Virus record (IMG/VR): IMGVR_UViG_3300019487_000019
Coordinates: 1-35,923 of that record
Length of the DNA stretch: 35,923 nt
Direction: 5' to 3' (one strand)
Source: a virus
Shown here piece by piece: positions 33,707-35,923 of the stretch (position 1 is the stretch's first letter; the number at the start of each line of letters is the position of its first letter). The notes below the pieces were generated by a model. That model ran no database searches and was not told the DNA's origin. It saw only the letters and a program-made list of their open reading frames with translations. The position numbers and the translations under genes are program-made.

Positions 33707-33775
33707 CAAGGCAACTTTGCCCGTCACCGGTGTTGCACCCGCTGTGCTTTCAGGAAGATCAATCTTCATAGTCAT
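31547..33775 (-). CDS. Gly/Thr-rich repetitive fibre-like protein
   Basis: Repeats of GG.V.I.GG.G...; N-terminal module shared with 29587..31533. Confidence 0.8.
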   Translation of the reverse strand: MTMKIDLPESTAGATPVTGKVALYAKTDGFLYSKDDAGVETQLGGSSVAEPANQVVYGTGAGVDSDADFTYVASTGQLWVNTTSGSSGSVSSATPGDVAVFAGGATGVGTGGNASVVAGAGGSTSGAGGNVVIQGGLPTDGAGGNVSIFGRNAAGAGNNAGGVITITGGVPTGSGAAGTASVTGGAGSTTQDFPGGFVHITGGAKGLAGTQPGGAVSITGGGGGTDSPGGAVNISGGAGTGTNRSGGGITLIAGVGTGTNSGGTTSISSGNGGSGGTGFAGDLNLSGGTGGTGGGRGGSVTVRAGRNFFATQHTEAILIEGSSLAPNTATVPGNTIVVRGGPGGTTAAGGSVTLTGGAGGTTSGSGGTVFLTGGTSTNGNGGGVTLTGTTAVGTNRDGGNLSLDTGAATGTGTQGTISISTIGTQRARVDGNGINTVGTAQYRFPETDVGYVHRVLAGSGAATGWGLGYNSSIAALWIGNNASPAGGARIDLGPYGMTFLTQSDATGGSGGGGDISITTGNGHAGAPETDGGSFSITLGTASGTAIGGDFSVTAGQGGTAGTAGTITLTGGSGGSTSGAGGAVELRGGSATDGNGGAATLRGRNATGTNRTGGLAAIVSGNGTGTGTGGAATLTAGSGGATGTAGTVTVTGGAGGSTSGNGGAVSIQGGNVTSGDVGNVAIGRGTTSTTRNGDMMYIPTSAGTPTGTPATISGLVPFVFDTTNKVMYVYSGGAWITDGATWT

Positions 33776-35923
33776 TATCCGGTTACCTCCACCGTTCTTA
33801 CAAATGCAACCCAGCTAATATCTTTTCCAATCTCGCCGGTTACTGTAATAATCAACGCACCGTTGGTTGTATCAGCACTTACAGCCACAACCCATGCTCC
33901 AGCATTGTCATCTGCAAGCGTTGTATCTGTTGTTGTTCCGATCAGAGCTGTTGTTGCTGCACCTACATTTCGATCAATAGCCCCTTCGCTCTTCAACGCA
34001 AGGCCTTCATTGTTCGCATCAGTTCTACGAGCAACAACTTTGATTTCAAAATGCCACGTTGTATCATCTTGAAGAACCATTCTTTGAGTCATTAACGGAA
34101 AGTTTAAGAACAGTTCTGTTGGTGTGTTATCGGTTGTTATTGCCGCTAGTGTGTAAGCGCTTGTTTGTGCATCGCCTGTTGTATTAACGTATACCGAACT
34201 GTAAGCAAACTGTCCATAGGAAGTTGGAAGACCCGCGCCAATTGCAACCGAATGAGATGCACTTGCATTAGCATTATCACCGATAGCAATTGCGCTTCCA
34301 CCTGAAGCATTTGCGCCTATACCCAAAGCAACTGCACTCGTGGTGGCAACAGCACCACTACCAACAGCTGTTGAACCATCCCCAGCGGCATTTGCGGTTG
34401 CGCCAATAGCCACTGTATCATCGTTATCGGCAGATGCACCCGGACCGATTGCTATACAATCTTGTCCAGTTGTGTTTGCCAAAGCATTAAGACCAATAGC
34501 GATCGAATTAGTACGTGTTGCCGTGGCACCATGACCAATAGCAATAATATCAATCTGGTCTATACTATTACCCGCTACAGCACCACGCCCGACCGCAATC
34601 GAATCCACCGCAAACGCCGTGACTAAAGAGGTATATCCAAGAGCAATACCATATGTAGCGTCCGTTCCTACACCTGCAGTTCGTCCAAGAGCAATTGCTC
34701 TGTCAACAGTGCTGGTTGTTGCAGATCGTCCGATTGCTATACTTTCACCTACTGCTCCAGTTCCTGCACCTGTACCGGCAGTATTTCCAATTGCAATACC
34801 ACTGTTTCCCTGAACATTTGCAAGACGACCGACAGCGACCCCTGCCAGTCCCGCTGCTGTGACCGATGTACTATCACAGCCGATTGCAATTGCATTACCG
34901 GCTGCTGCTGATGCACCTGTCGTACCTGCACCAATAGCAACTGCGCTCGCAACAGCCGTTGCTCCTGTACCAGTGTTTCCACCAATTGCCACACCACTAG
35001 CGCCCGCACTGGTATTGAAACCGATCGCAACACCACGAGCACCACTGGCTGTTGCTGTATTTCCAATTGCGACAGCGTTTGCAGCAGCCGAAGCAGCGTC
35101 ACCAAAGAATAGGGACGTTGTACTTAGGCGACCCGTTTGTGATCCGTTGTTATAAAAATCAATATTGCCAGAGACTGTTTGTAAGTTGATGGCTGTTCCG
35201 CCTGCTAGTGTTAGATTGATACTTGCTCCGACTTCTAACGTATCAGCATTGGCTCCTGTTAAACGAAGTACGCCGCCGTCAAATTCGAAGGTACCACCAT
35301 CACCATTTGTAATTGTTCCAACATCACCAACACCACCAACCATCATTGTGTCTGTTGTTGGATCCCATGTAAAATCTGCTTCGCTATCAATGCCAGTACC
35401 TGTTCCGTACACGATTTGATTTAATGGTTCAATCGGTGGAGCGAATTGAGAGAATACCAATACCGTCGTACCAAGTGTTATTGGATTATTCGTTGCAAGC
35501 CACCAAGCTGTATCTGCAAATGTTGTTCCTTCTTCAGCAACAGTTGCCATTCCCGCAGTTACTTTAGCATCGGTGTCAGCATCTGTCGAACGTGTAAGAA
35601 TGAACGGTGCAGCACCACTTCCTACTTGTGTTACCTCATAGATGCCATTCTCAATCGTTTCGTCCTTGATAAGAACGCGATCGCCGACGACAAGAGGTGA
35701 AGTTGGTGGATCAATACCGCCGTCTGTGTTGATATCGACGTTAACGTTGGACGTGATCGTTGCGCCAACGCCACTAGCACCATTATTATACGTGTAAGCA
35801 GTTGTGAGAGCTGCTGTTGTGGTTACTCGAACAGACCCCTTCCAGTCCAGATTAAACACATCATCCGCGTATGCAAGTTCATGCCATTCTGTCATCGCAT
35901 ATAGACGGCCATCTGAAAGAGGA
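33775..35923 (-). CDS. Fibre/adhesin-like protein with YadA-head-like repeats; 5' end probably outside the window
   Basis: Frame is open from 35895 to the window edge (PLSDGRLYA-M); DWKGSVRV...DRVLIKD..ENGIY...LTRSTDAD phage structural module; AIG repeats. Confidence 0.8.
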   Translation of the reverse strand, partial: PLSDGRLYAMTEWHELAYADDVFNLDWKGSVRVTTTAALTTAYTYNNGASGVGATITSNVNVDINTDGGIDPPTSPLVVGDRVLIKDETIENGIYEVTQVGSGAAPFILTRSTDADTDAKVTAGMATVAEEGTTFADTAWWLATNNPITLGTTVLVFSQFAPPIEPLNQIVYGTGTGIDSEADFTWDPTTDTMMVGGVGDVGTITNGDGGTFEFDGGVLRLTGANADTLEVGASINLTLAGGTAINLQTVSGNIDFYNNGSQTGRLSTTSLFFGDAASAAANAVAIGNTATASGARGVAIGFNTSAGASGVAIGGNTGTGATAVASAVAIGAGTTGASAAAGNAIAIGCDSTSVTAAGLAGVAVGRLANVQGNSGIAIGNTAGTGAGTGAVGESIAIGRSATTSTVDRAIALGRTAGVGTDATYGIALGYTSLVTAFAVDSIAVGRGAVAGNSIDQIDIIAIGHGATATRTNSIAIGLNALANTTGQDCIAIGPGASADNDDTVAIGATANAAGDGSTAVGSGAVATTSAVALGIGANASGGSAIAIGDNANASASHSVAIGAGLPTSYGQFAYSSVYVNTTGDAQTSAYTLAAITTDNTPTELFLNFPLMTQRMVLQDDTTWHFEIKVVARRTDANNEGLALKSEGAIDRNVGAATTALIGTTTDTTLADDNAGAWVVAVSADTTNGALIITVTGEIGKDISWVAFVRTVEVTG

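Noticed and set aside
29711-35700. Numerous + strand Pro/Ala-rich ORFs
   Set aside because: Antisense shadows of the Gly/Ala-rich fibre genes.
1-35923. Stop-codon reassignment as the cause of short or broken ORFs
   Set aside because: Recognisable genes (ung, folE2, SOD, erpA, fibres) are intact in code 11, all three stops end genes, and the breaks are frame changes rather than in-frame stops.

Overview
This window looks like part of a large lytic dsDNA phage genome (jumbo/T4-superfamily-like), with no integrase, CRISPR or rRNA. (1) 1-7053: a GC-rich block (about 60% in spot-checked lines) of small + strand genes driven by eight sigma70-like promoters that share a spacer box and often overlap inverted repeats, resembling an early/host-takeover module. 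It includes a bL12-CTD-like protein and a CX5R phosphatase, and its first 2 kb has several apparent 1-nt indels. (2) 7054-7400: a non-coding junction with G/C runs, A-tracts and two ~60-bp direct repeats, where GC drops to the low/mid-40s (possible terminus or packaging site). (3) 7401-28910: accessory and metabolic genes: entericidin-like lipoprotein, three paralogous microproteins, ankyrin protein, T7 gp0.7-like kinase, ribosomal protein L33, Pth2-like protein, ErpA, QueD-like, macrodomain, tRNA-Ala, an intron-containing tRNA-Pro, a coiled-coil gene followed by a candidate ~235-nt structured ncRNA and a nucleotidyltransferase, DUF3310, FolE2, Ung, Fe/Mn-SOD, HNH endonuclease and a miniature DnaE-like protein. 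Many of these lie behind T4-type late promoters (TATAAATA-like). (4) 28882-35923: a - strand cluster of modular fibre/adhesin-like structural genes. The best candidates for new biology are the coiled-coil/ncRNA/NTase locus, the 28-nt tRNA-Pro intron and the early-promoter box. All family assignments come from motif recognition by eye, not database searches.
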